From: Octopus sinensis
Lineage: Eukaryota
Reading direction: 5' to 3'
Length of the DNA: 64,000 bases
Assembly (NCBI RefSeq): GCF_006345805.1
Contig: NC_043008.1
Coordinates: 63,488,001 to 63,552,000, forward strand
The position numbers and the translations under genes are program-made. Each line of letters starts with the position of its first letter. Within the stretch, counting starts at the first letter, position 1. A model generated the notes under the pieces. The model had not been told where the DNA came from, searched no databases, and saw nothing but the letters and a program-made list of their open reading frames with translations. This document shows, piece by piece, positions 37,734 through 49,215 of the stretch.

Positions 37734-38838
37734 ATAATAAAGTGATTGTTTCTTATCAGAAACAAAATGTTTAATAGGACTGCTATAGAAGTGCTCAATT
37801 AAATGAGACAAATATATTAAACTATGGTGGCAGAACAAACAAATATAAGGTCATACACATAACATTTCATATCTCGAACATTTAATCACATAATGCTTTT
37901 TCTTTCACATAGAATATACATGCATAAAATCACGGAAGATGAAACACAACCAATCAATACGAGCATATAAGAAAAATGTGTGAATACAGTCCATCGTGGT
38001 TAAAAGTTAATGATTAATATTTAGCGACTAAAAAAATATATATTTTAACATTGCAACATCTAGAATAATAAATACATAAAAATATAAAGATATATATAAA
38101 TATATAGATATATAAAAAGATATAAAAATACATATAAAAATACGGTGATGAACCCCTGAAATGGCCATAGAGAAAGTAAATATGGTTTCTTCTTTTTTGC
38201 TTGGACACCGGCTTTTAACAATAGGTTTCCCTTATCTTGAAAAGTAATTTTTAATCGAAAAAAATTTCTAAACGATGAACATTTATCTTACCTTATATAT
38301 TATTTATTTATATGTTTCCTATATATGTGTATTTTTATATCTTTTTATATATCTATATATTTATATATTTCTTTATATTTTTGTGTATTTATTATTCTAG
38401 ATGTTGTAATGTTAAAATATATATTTTTTTAGTCGCTAAAGTATTAATCATTAACTTTTAACTGCGATGGACTGTATTCACACATTTTTCTTATATGCTT
38501 GTATTGATGGGTTGTGTTTCATCTTCCGTGATTTTATGCATGTATATTCTATGTGAAAGAAAAAGCATTATGTGAGAAAATGTTTGGGATATGAAATGTT
38601 ACGTGGATGACTTTATATTTGTTTGTTCTGCAACCATAGTTTAATATATATATATATATATATACATATATACAACGGGCTTCTTTCAGTGTCCATCTGC
38701 CAAATCCATTCACAAGGCTTTGGTCAGCCCAAGGCTATAGTAGAAGACACTTTCCCAAAAGTGCCATGCAGCTGGACTAAACCCAGAACCATGTGGTCGG
38801 TAAGCAAGCTACTTACCACACAGCCACTCTGATGCCTA
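37450..38838 (-). mobile_element. Family A SINE split at its central (TA)n by a ~900-bp fold-back insertion
   Basis: Tail half at about 37450-37640 and head half at about 38650-38838, same orientation. Confidence 0.8.
37812..38649. repeat. Long inverted repeat (~325-bp arms, ~185-bp spacer), foldback-type element
   Basis: 37812-38136 is nearly the reverse complement of 38322-38649, with scattered substitutions and small indels. Confidence 0.92.
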
Positions 38839-38935
38839 TATATATATATCTATATATATATTTTTTCATTGATTTTTCATATTTTACCCTTACATTTCCA
38901 CGTGTATTTTATATTTTCTTTTCGTAACTTATTTC

Positions 38936-38994
<59 letters not shown>

Positions 38995-39046
38995 TAGATA
39001 GATAGATATAAATATATATATATATAGAGAGAGATATATATATATA

Positions 39047-39235
39047 GATCGCCATGATTGATCCCTAGCCACTACACATTCTTTATTTTCTCTCCTTGTT
39101 TCTTTCTGTGTTCCTTTATGTGGAAGTGCCTAGGCTCGAAACGTTAAAGATTTTTTCACTTCCTGAGCATTATACTAATACATCTGTTTGTTGTCTACAC
39201 CACCTGTCTTCGTCTTTTGTTTTTTTGTGAATTCT

Positions 39236-39238
<3 letters not shown>
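39047..39238 (+). mobile_element. Short (TA)n-embedded element with a hammerhead-like fold
   Basis: cttt-ATGTGGA-a-gtgc ctag gctc-GAAA-cg-TT-aaag at 39114-39149; (TA)n on both sides. Confidence 0.6.
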
Positions 39239-39312
<74 letters not shown>

Positions 39313-39338
39313 TGTATGTATGTATGTATGTTTTTGGT

Positions 39339-39674
39339 GAAGGCGCATGGCTCAGTGGTTAGAGCGTCGAGCTTACGATCGTGAGGTTGTGAGCTCGAAT
39401 CCCGGACCGGGCTGCGTGTTGTGTTCTTGAGCAAGGCACTTTATTTCACGTTGCTCCAGTTTACTCAGCTGTAGAAATGAGTTGCGACGTCACTGGTGCC
39501 AAGCTGTATCGACCTTTGTCTTTCCCTTGGATAACACTGGTGGTGTGGAGAGGGGAGGCTGGTATGCATGGGCGACTGCTGGTCTTCCATAAACAACCTT
39601 GCCCGGACTTGTGTCTAGAAGGGTAACTTTCTAGGTGCAATCCCATGGTCATTCATGACCGAAGGGGGTCTTTA
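39339..39674 (+). mobile_element. Family F tRNA-derived SINE, young copy
   Basis: Box A TGGCTCAGTGG, box B-like GCTCGAATCC; CORE/Nin-like ttgagcaaggcactt...actcagctgtagaaatg. Confidence 0.88.
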
Positions 39675-40079
39675 TGTATGTATGCATATTTACATATATG
39701 TACGTAAATTTAAGAAAAAATTTCTTGATCTGGGCACAATGTTTGAAAGAAAAGCTTTTTAATGTTAAAAATTATCTGAATATATCTTTATAGCTTCTAA
39801 TTTATACCGTCTGTTTCAAAAGCAGCTATGTAGAGGAAAAGCGCTTACACACAAAGGCCCTTTTTACTTTTTCTATCAGGTCTGCATCAATATGTTTTTT
39901 TGAACAAATTTCAATGTAACTTTTTAAAATTTCAAATATGTATTTGAAGGTTGATCTCATAATGCTGAACCTCACAAATGAGATGACAGAGTACCAAGAT
40001 ATGTGATGCAGTGCTGTACTCAAGAAGACTTGCCCACCACAACAGAATTGAGATCCTAAAATCAAGGTGCTATGTAAAA

Positions 40080-40350
40080 AGCATTGGTGTGGATACTGGA
40101 TTCCACATAAAAAAGCACTTGTGCTGGTGCCTCTTAAAAAGTTCTGATGATGGTGCTATATAAAAAGCACCCAGTACACTCTATGGAATGGTTGACATTA
40201 GGAAGGACATCCAGTCACAGAAACCAAACCAAAAGTGTCTATGGAACCTGGTATAGCCCCTGTCCTTGCCAGTTCTTACCAAACCATGCAGCCCAGGCCA
40301 TCATGGAAAACGGACATTAAATGTTGTTGCTGATGATGGTGATAATGATG
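40080..40350 (+). mobile_element. Family B retroposon, degenerate
   Basis: aaaaagcac units, attaggaaggacatccag, catggaaaacggacattaaatg..gatgat. Confidence 0.7.
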
Positions 40351-40371
40351 ATGCACACACACGTATGTATA

Positions 40372-40742
40372 CCTATTTCTTTACTACCCACAAGGGGCTA
40401 AACACAGAGAGAACAAACAAGGACAGACAAAAGGATGAAATCGAAAGGATGAAAGGCAAAGTCGACCTCGGCAGAATTTGAACTCAGAACGTAGCGGCAG
40501 ATGAAATACCTATTTCTTTACTACCCACAAGGGGCTAAACACAGAAGGGACAAACAAGGACAGACAAATGGATTAAGTCGATTATATCGACCCCAGTGCG
40601 TAACTGGTACTTATTTAATCAATCCCAAAAGGATGAAAGACAAAGTCGACCTCAATGGAATTTGAACTCAGAACGTAGCGGCAGACAAAATACCGCTAAG
40701 CATTTCGCCCGGCGCGCTACCATTTCTGCCAGCTCGCCACCT
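40372..40742 (-). mobile_element. Family C SINE with partial tandem duplication
   Basis: cctatttctttactacccacaaggggctaaacacaga occurs at 40372 and about 40509. Confidence 0.85.
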
Positions 40743-41077
40743 AAAACACATTTTCTTTGTCATGACAGTAATTAACCATTAGTATTAATGTGTCTCTTAT
40801 GCTCGTTTATACCTAGAACTACTGTGACTAACATTACTATAACCAATATCATTCTTCCATACAGTCTCGTCTCACTACCGTTGTCATCATTATTATCTCA
40901 CCATTATTACTGTCATCATTGCGAATTCCTCAATTTTGCTATTTCTGTAAACAACATTTGTACCTTCAAGCAATCATCAAAACAGCAGCAGCAGCATCAT
41001 CCTGTCTTTTACCTGCCATTTCATTATTGTCAGTAATAACATGCAAAACATCATTACATTCCAACTATTTTAAATTA

Positions 41078-41518
41078 CTAGCAGTATAGCCCGGCGTTGC
41101 TCGGGTTTGTTTTTTAGTTGCGCTTAAAACGGCAGAATTTGACATCGCGTTAACAAAGTTTTGACATAGTTTCAATCTATGAATAAAAATATAGTGTGGC
41201 GATGCTCGAGTTTACTCTGAATGTGCTGCAAATGTGTAATGCCGACTTCAATTGTTGTTGAAATGCACCAAAAAATGGTGACACAGCAGTCAAAAAATCG
41301 TAAATATAGGGATTTCATAGAAAAAAATGCACCTTTTTGATGTAAATAATTTTTGGTCTTAACATGGTCCAATTTGAATTTTTTCTTCTACGAAAGAAAG
41401 AGCAAGCCTTTTTCTATCATACTCTCAATTTTGGTCAACTTGTGCCGCAGGGTCTCGGAAGAGATAGTGTAAGTTGAAGGCTACCAAACCTGCCACACAC
41501 ACAGAAAACTACAGCTTT
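41078..41518 (-). mobile_element. Non-autonomous Helitron; 3' end intact, 5' end abutting a family B tail
   Basis: CTAG at 41078-41081 and hairpin CCCG-gcgttgct-CGGG at 41090-41105, matching the 7775-8284 hairpin. Confidence 0.75.
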
Positions 41519-41519
41519 C

Positions 41520-41995
41520 ATCATCATCATCATCATCTTCATTTAACGTCCGCTTTCCATGCTAGCATGGGTTGGACGGTTCAACTGGGGTCTGGGGAGC
41601 CCGAAAGCTGCACCAGTCCAGTCAGATCTGGCAGTGTTTCTACAGCTGGATGCCCTTCCTAACGCCAACCACTCCGAGAGTGTAGTGGGTGATTTTATGT
41701 GCCACCGACACAGGTGCCAGACGAGGCTGGCAAACGGCCACGCTCAGATGGTGTTTTTTATGTGCCACCGACACAGGTGCCAGACGAGGCTGGCAGACGG
41801 CCACGCTCGGATGGTGTTGTTATGTGCCACCGACACAGGTGCCAGATGAGGCTGGCAAACGGCCACGATCGGATGGTGTTTGTTACGTGCCCACAGCACG
41901 GAGGCCAGTCGATGCGGTACTGGCTACGGCCACGTTCGGATGGTTTTCTTGTGTGCCACGTGCCACCGGCACTGGTACCACAAAGATACAAATTC
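41520..41995 (-). mobile_element. Family B retroposon with a 62-63-bp tandem array (3 near-identical and 2 diverged units)
   Basis: tgtgccaccgacacaggtgccaga at 41698, 41761 and 41823. Confidence 0.9.
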
Positions 41996-42480
41996 CATTG
42001 ATGTTCATCTATTTTGATTTGTTTTGATTTTCACTTGCCTCAACAGGTCTTCACAAGTGTCACAAGAAGGAAGGTATGCACAGTTGGACTGACTACGTCC
42101 CAGGTAGGGGCATATATAAATTATTGAAAGCTAGTTTTGGTTGAGCAACAGAAGACAAAATATCTTGCTGCTTTTAGTTATGGCTTTCTGATTTGATATT
42201 ATATTGAATTTGACTTTGTTGAACGATAGACATTCTCCATTGCTTAGTTTAACACCATCAAATGACTCTTTGACTTTAGAAAACTTCATTCTGTTGCAAG
42301 CATTTGGCCAAGGTCTCTGGTTTGGGAACACCTCTCTCTCTCTCTCTCTCTCTCTTTCATCAGTCTCAGAGGCCCGATGAAGGTAAGGGACCATAGACTG
42401 CCATCTTTTCTTGACAAGAAAATAAAAAATGATATCATTCAGTGATTGATAAAATAAGTCTTAATCAAGTACTGGAGACT

Positions 42481-42870
42481 GTAATTAGGTATGGTTGTGT
42501 GGTAAAAAATTTGCTTTCCAACGACATGGTTCTGAGTCCAGTCCCACTGTGTGGTACCTTGGGCAAGTGTCTCCAGGTATAGCTTTCGGGCTGGCTAAAG
42601 CCTTGTGAGTGGATTTGGTAGACAGAATCTGAAAGACAGCCACTGTGTGTGTGTGTGTTTTTGTGCCTGAGGATGTCCCCCCACGACGTCTCGACACTTG
42701 TGTTGGCTTGTTTCCACCTGCATAACTTAGTGGTTTGGCAAAAGAGACCAATAGAATATGTACCAGACTTTAAAAAATTAAGTACTGGCCTGATTCATTT
42801 GACTAAAAATTCTTCAAAACAACATGGCCACAATCTAATCAGTAAAACAAGATAAAAGATAAAAGTATTG
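42481..42870 (+). mobile_element. Family A SINE, degenerate
   Basis: ggttgtgtggtaaaaaatttgct...cagtcccactgtgtggtaccttgggcaagtgtc; tail taaaagataaaag. Confidence 0.75.
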
Positions 42871-43184
42871 AGTATTTTTTTTTACAAACATGTGTAGCTT
42901 TAGTAGCCATACTATAATTCAATATTATCAATGAATTCGTTATCACTGTTACCGCATCAATATCCTCAGATTCATGACTTTGATATAAGATCAGTTAAAT
43001 GGCTATTGAGATGGAAAGTGAAAGTGAAAGTAAATGACTAACAAGGCTTTACTGCACACACCAACTTACAGCACTGATAGAGAGGTTTTATAAATGTACA
43101 TCAGATATGAGAAAGTGAATGGCTAAAAGTATAAGCTCTATGGATTTGAGATCTTGTAGCCTGAGTAATAAAAATAATCTTTTT

Positions 43185-43545
43185 ATCTTTTACATGTTTT
43201 AGTCATTTGACTGCAGTGAAATGGGGTACCACTTTGAAGGGTTTAATCAAACATAGTGCCCCTATTTTTTAGTTTTGTCAGGTACTTATTCTATCTTCTC
43301 TTTTGAAGAACCACTTAGTTATGGAAACATAAACAAAATAACACTGGTTGTCAAGTGGTAGTGGGGAGCAATCAGAAAACACTCACACACATATATATAC
43401 TGGGATTCTTTTAGTTTCCATCTACCAAATGGACCCAGAAGACTTTGGTCAGTCCAGAGCTATAGTAGAGGACACTTGCCCAAGGAACAGTAGAGTGTAA
43501 CTGAAGGTAAGACCACATAGCTAGGAAGCCAGCTTCTCAACAACA
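43185..43545 (-). mobile_element. Family A SINE, degenerate
   Basis: ttttagtcatttgactgcag...gacacttgcccaagg. Confidence 0.65.
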
Positions 43546-43647
43546 CGTCCATGGCTACTACTACAACAACAACTACTACTACTACTGATGATGATGATGA
43601 TGATGACAATGATAATGATAATAGTAATAATAATAATGATAATAATG

Positions 43648-43679
<32 letters not shown>

Positions 43680-43694
43680 TAAAAATAATAAAAT

Positions 43695-43914
43695 TTTTTT
43701 TAAAATTCAGACAAATACATAACAAAAACACCAGGACTTACAAACACATATAACACACAGAAAATTGAACTACTAGGCACTGCACACATCCTACGCAGAA
43801 CACTTTCCATGCAATAACCATCAGAGCATCACAACAAATCACAGCATATACCCAAGGCACACAGACCTGCGCCCGGTAGTGAAGTGAAAGCACGCTATAA
43901 AAATAAAACTACTG
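43695..43914 (+). mobile_element. 3' end of an RLE-type (R4/Dong/NeSL-like) non-LTR retrotransposon within (AAT)n
   Basis: Plus strand SDKYITKTPGLTNTYNTQKIELLGTAHILRRTLSMQ* matches the QKxxLLGTAHILR RLE-clade C-terminus; short 3' UTR; (AAT)n on both sides. Confidence 0.7.
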
Positions 43915-43919
43915 AATAA

Positions 43920-43971
<52 letters not shown>

Positions 43972-44109
43972 TATAATAATAATAATAATAATAATAAAAA
44001 TAATAATAAATGTGTGTGTGTGTATGTTTGTGAGTGTATGAGGTTTTTGCATGTAAACAAGACTAGCAAAATTAAAAAAAAAAAGAGAAACTGACAATGT
44101 GTAATCCTG

Positions 44110-45380
44110 AATAGGGAGAAGACTTTGAGGGCTACTCATGGAAAAACTCCATAAACAACATAGGTCCCCTGATTTTTAGGGCAGGTGCCATGCTTCTTTC
44201 CTTTATTTCAGCTACAAGCATATGCTCATGGCAGGCCCGAACACTCACACAATTCTTGCCACTTTCATCCACCTTTTAGCAAACTGGCAAGAAGACAACA
44301 CATCCCTCTCTACCCTTATTTTCCTTTTCAAGTGAAACTTGAAGAAGCTCATCAGGAATTGGCCAAAGAGAAGGCAATGGGGCAATCTTCACAACGGATT
44401 CAGTTGACAGCTGGATCTGTCTCACATGCAACAGCAGGTATTTGACATCAACCCACAGGTCAGCAATGCTCAGCCACTGGACAAGTGCATCCAGGACCAT
44501 CTCATTGTCCCATGTGCATCTCAGACATGCTTGGCTAATGGCACATCCGTACCTGTAAAGTTTATCTTGAACAGACAAAGCTCCCTGTTAGCACTGCCAG
44601 GCCAGAGATTTTTGGAAATTATCCATCGGTCCTGGCCCAAAATTTCTGCAGAAAAGAGCAACTAGCTGATCTTCTTTGCTTCCCAAGGTCTCCCCAAGCA
44701 TATTGTCACACTTTTCCTTCACTAATCCTCTATAAAAAGCTAAAGTGGACTTTCCACCTATTCCACTGTCCAATTGGCTGAGGGTTGTGAGCATGTGAAG
44801 ACATTCCACTTTCCAAATGCTCCCCCTCGGTCTCTGTTTCACCCAGGACTGCACCTCCATTAAAGAAACTAGCTGCAGAAATACTTGTCTGATGAATGGC
44901 GACCACACCTGTTGACCGTCAAGGAAGCACTGGGGATGTTGTAGCCTTAGTGCATGACTGTGTATCATCAACCATGGCATGTCCAGGCCACCATGCAGTG
45001 GATGCTGACAGCAAATAGACTGCCTGACCATCAGGACACGTCTCTTCCACAAGAAGTAGAAAAGTATACACTTCAGCATAATCAGATGGTGGCTAGGACA
45101 AGGCACGATGGTCAAGTGATTGTAGATGATGATACACGTGTTAGCCATCTATGCCTGACCTTTCAGAGATAGCTTTCTCTCGGCCCATTTCTGGGTGAGA
45201 GTAGTCACCCTGCTTTTTACCTCATCCCAGTTTTTATCTATGTGGTGGTCTGGACCAAACCAGATCCTGAGCAATTTAACCAGTCCATACATCCAGCTCC
45301 AAACGATGCATTTGGATGGCATGGACTTGCTTCTCCAGGTGCCAAACTACAAGCCTACTGATTCTCCCTGGTTAACTGCC
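44110..45380 (-). pseudogene. Tx1/L1-clade LINE ORF2 fragment (post-RT region and zinc-knuckle remnant)
   Basis: NWDEVKSRV...WAERKLSLKGQA, HPLHGGLDMP, FQKSLAWQC, CLRC...VLDALVQ in ORFs 44588..45148 and 44276..44578, with stops and frameshifts. Confidence 0.8.
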
Positions 45381-45384
45381 ACTC

Positions 45385-45625
45385 CTATATGCATATATAT
45401 ATGTGTGTATGTGTGTATGTCAGTGTTCGTACCCCCCAACATCACTTGACAACCGATGCTGGTGTGTTTACATCGCCGTAACTTAGCAGTTCGGCAATAA
45501 AGTCCGATAGAATAAGTACTAGGCTTACAAAGAATAAGTCCTGGGCTCGATTTGCTCAACTAAAGGCGGTGCTCCAGCATGACCACAGTCAAGTGACTGA
45601 AACAAGTAAAAGAGTAAAAGAGTAA
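45385..45625 (+). mobile_element. Family A SINE 3' half
   Basis: cttgacaaccgatgctggtg...gactgaaacaagtaaaagagtaaaagag. Confidence 0.85.
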
Positions 45626-46127
45626 CTACACTAGCAAAATTTTATCTTTAAAGTACATACTCCTAACTAGAAATAACTGTTATTGCACCCTAATCTATAT
45701 TGTATAAAAGCTTTGTTTTCTCATATTAAAAAGAACAGAATATGACTCACTAGGTTACCTTTGATTTAGTGAACTTTTGGCATTTAAAGAGGCAACTTCC
45801 TTCACCATTGGTATGTTACATTTAGGCATTACTGCACTGTGAAGTTCCAGATTTGTGTAGTAGTTGCAGAGTATTGCATAATAGTTGTTCTGTAACTAAC
45901 CAAAAGCATTACAAATAATATGACACAGGAAATAACTTTGTTTGGCAGCTATTCAATATTCAACAATCAGAGGAGTTCATTTCTGTATGAAAATATGTTG
46001 TTCAACTGCAGTAAATAATTAGAGATTGTAAAATGTGGTTAATGATCTCTAGATGAACCGAATGAAATTGATGAGAGATGACTAAGTTATAAAGTAGTGG
46101 TTATTGAATGAATAAACGAAGAAGATA

Positions 46128-46536
46128 GGCATAAGAGTGGCTGTCTGGTAAGTAGCTTGCTTACCAACCACATGGTTCCGGGTTCAGTCCCACTGCGTGG
46201 CACCTTGGGCAAGTGTCTTCTACTATACCCTCGGGCCGACCAAAGCCTTGTGAGTGGATTTGGTAGACGGAAACTGAAAGAAGCCCGTCGTATATATGTA
46301 TATGTATATATATGCGTGTGTGTGTTTGTGTGTCTGTGTTTGTCCCCCTAGCATTGCTTGACAACTGATGCTGGTGTGTTTATGTCCCCGTCACTTAGCG
46401 GTTCGGCAAAAGAGACCGATAGAATAAGTACTGGGCTTACAAAGAATAAGTCCCGGGGTCGATTTGCTCGACTAAAAAAAGGCGGTGCTCCAGCATGGCC
46501 GCAGTCAAATGACTGAAACAAGTAAAAGAGTAAAAG
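46128..46536 (+). mobile_element. Family A tRNA-derived SINE, best-preserved copy (CORE-like ccttgggcaagt segment)
   Basis: Head tggctgtctggtaag..ggttcagtccc, central (TA/TG)n, (GTAAAAGA)n tail; many CpGs retained. Confidence 0.92.
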
Positions 46537-47685
46537 AGAGAGAGAGTAAGATATATTCTACTATTTGCTTTTGAGAGAGTTCTCCTTCAAATAGATATGA
46601 TTGGAATATTCCACTAACAGTAAATATATGAATATAGAAAATTTAAATTCCATTATATTTGGGTGCAGTGTACAAGAGAGTATTCAATTTCAAAATGGTA
46701 AAGCTATGCAATTTCAATAATGAGAGCAAAAAATGTAATACATATTTAAACAGAATACTCAGCAGAGATGGAGAAATGTTCTAGAACAACAGAAGAAATC
46801 TATATTTTACTTTAATAATCCGTGCTAGCATGGAAAACAGACGTTAAATGATGATGATGATGCACCACAGTTGTAAGCAAATACAGATGTAATAGGTGTC
46901 TGGAGTTTAATATTACCTTTATTTGAATGTTATTACTTGTTAATATACTTATACCTGTCATCTTAATGGAGTTTGGATGATAATTTCCTTATTTTAGAAG
47001 GAAAAAAATAGAAATATAGAAATATTGTTCAATGTACGATAAACCTTAACATTCTGTGTCAGTTTTATTCTTCACTTTTTATTTTTTAAAAACATTTATC
47101 CATGGTTTATACCAACTACAATATTTTCTTTTTTTTAAAAAACGATTTTTTTTTTTTTTTGGTTTGTTTGAGACATTTTTCAGAATATATTTACTGATAA
47201 AATTATGACATTTTATTTATTTCAGTATACGAAACAAATATCTTTTATATATATATATATTTTTTTTTCCCCCTCTGTTGTTACAGAGTTAATTGAATGA
47301 TCAAAATTTCAGTTTTGGAGAACAATTTTCTAAATTTCTTGTGTGCAATAATTCCAACAAAACGGAAATTTTTATGTTAGTTTTAAAAGGAAATCTGCAG
47401 AAAAAGAAAAGAAAGATTATTTCATAGACAATATTAATTGAGATATAAATTGTTGGCATATCCACTTTTCTTAAATATATATTTTTAGACAAAACCAATT
47501 TTTTTTTATCATTTTAAACATTTCTTATTTAATAATCTGTTTTATTCTTATTTTATCTATTTGTTTATTTATTTAACTTTCGCATTTATGACTTCTGGAT
47601 ATTTGCTATACAGAATGTTGATATTTCAACTGTAACAAAAAATGAATAAAAATAAAATGAAGAATAAATGTTAGCATATTCAACA

Positions 47686-48300
47686 GGCATGGGTGTGGCT
47701 GTGTGGTAAGAAGCTGGCAGAAACGCTAGCACATTGGTGAAATGCTTAGCAGTATTTCGTGTGTCTTTACGTTCTGAGTTCAAATTCCACCAAAGTCAAC
47801 ATTACCCTTCATCCTTTCGGGGTTGATTAAATAAGTACCAGTTACGCACTGGAGTCAATGTAATCGACTTAATCTCTTTGTCTGTCCTTGTTTGTCCCCT
47901 CTATGTTTATCCCCCTGTGGGTAGTAAAGAAATAAGAAGCTTGTTTCTCAACCACATGGTTCTGCATTCAGTCCCACTGCATGGCACCTTGGGCAAGTGT
48001 CATTTACTATAGCTTCAGGCCAACTAAAGCCTTGTGAGTTGATTTGGTAGAAGAAACCTGTCATATATATATGAGTGTGTTTGTGTGTGTGTTTGTGTTT
48101 GACCCCAACACTTGACAACCAGTTTTGGTGTGTTTACATCCCCATAACTAAGCAGTTTGGCAAAAGAGATCAATAGAATAAGTACTAGGCTAACAAAGAA
48201 TAAGTCCCGGGGTTGATTTGTTCGTCTAAAACCCCTTAAGGTCCTACTGCAGCATGGTCGCAGTTAAACGACTGAAACAAATAAAAGAATAAAAGAATAA
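47686..48300 (+). mobile_element. Family A SINE with a family C SINE inserted in its head
   Basis: C body at about 47712-47932, flanked by AAGAAGCT at 47708-47715 and 47934-47941. Confidence 0.8.
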
Positions 48301-48894
48301 AATACTTGATAGGTACAGGCACAGTAGTGTGATTATGAAGGTCACTGTGCAACCATGTGGTTTAGAGTTCAATCCTACACTCTGGCACTTTGGACAAGCA
48401 TCTTTTACCATAGTCCTAGTCCAGCTAATGCCATGTGAGTGAATTTGGTTGATGGAGACAGAATGGAAGCCTGTTTTATATACATGTATGTATTGTCACC
48501 ACTTGACAAATGGGGTCGGTTTGTTTACATCCCTGTAACTTAGTCATTTGGTAAAAGAAATGGATTGAATAAGAATTGGAGTAAATTTGGGGTAAATGGA
48601 TTAAAGCCTTCAAGGCTCTGCCACAGCATGATAGCAATCCAATGACTGCAAGAAATAGATGGAAATATGAAAGATAAAGTGGAGTTTATCACTATTTGAA
48701 AAATATCTTGCTTGTAAATGTTTTGAAAGAAAAGATAGCAAATCCTTAAAAGAAGCTCCATTAAAATACAGCGTTTTTATATACACCATAATGAATTCTT
48801 CTGTTAATATCTAATTGTTTGATTCAAGGCAGCAAGCTGGCAGAATCGCTTAGCAGCATTTTGTCTGTCTTTACATTCTGAGTTCAAATTCCAC

Positions 48895-49215
48895 CTGCTC
48901 TTACATTTTACTCTTTTACTTGTTTTAGTCATTTGACTGTGGCCATGCTGGAGCACCGCCTTTAGTCCAGCAAATCAACCCCACAAATTATTCTTTGTAA
49001 GCCTAGTACTTATTCTATCAGTCTCTTTTGCTGAACCGCTAAGGTACGGCAACATAAACACACCAGCATCAGTTGTCAAGCGATGTTGGGGGGACAAACA
49101 CAGACACACAAACATATACACACACACATATATATATGCATATATACGACAGGCTTCTTTCAGTTTCCGTCTACCAAATCCACTCACAAGGCTTTGGTCG
49201 ACCCGAGGCTATGTT
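48895..49215 (-). mobile_element. Family A SINE (head truncated)
   Basis: cttttacttgttttagtcatttgactgtggccatgctggagcaccgcc...aaggctttggtcgacccgaggctat. Confidence 0.85.

Noticed and set aside
38143-38170. Hammerhead-like GGTGATGA-acccct-GAAA in the spacer of the long inverted repeat
   Set aside because: Core lacks CU, there is no stem II, and no paired stem I
39339-39415. tRNA gene (also 14828, 28747, 146)
   Set aside because: Box A/B heads run straight into multi-copy SINE bodies and lack a properly paired acceptor stem
41698-41975. CRISPR-like regular repeats
   Set aside because: Contiguous 62-63-bp tandem units without unique spacers, inside a eukaryotic retroposon; no cas genes
42360-42410. 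gaggcccgatgaagg..., resembling a PLE-type end
   Set aside because: Truncated, core mutated, no GAAA or paired stems
44588-45148. 186-aa ORF as a host gene
   Set aside because: Flanking frames continue Tx1/L1 ORF2 motifs across stops and frameshifts; it is a dead LINE fragment
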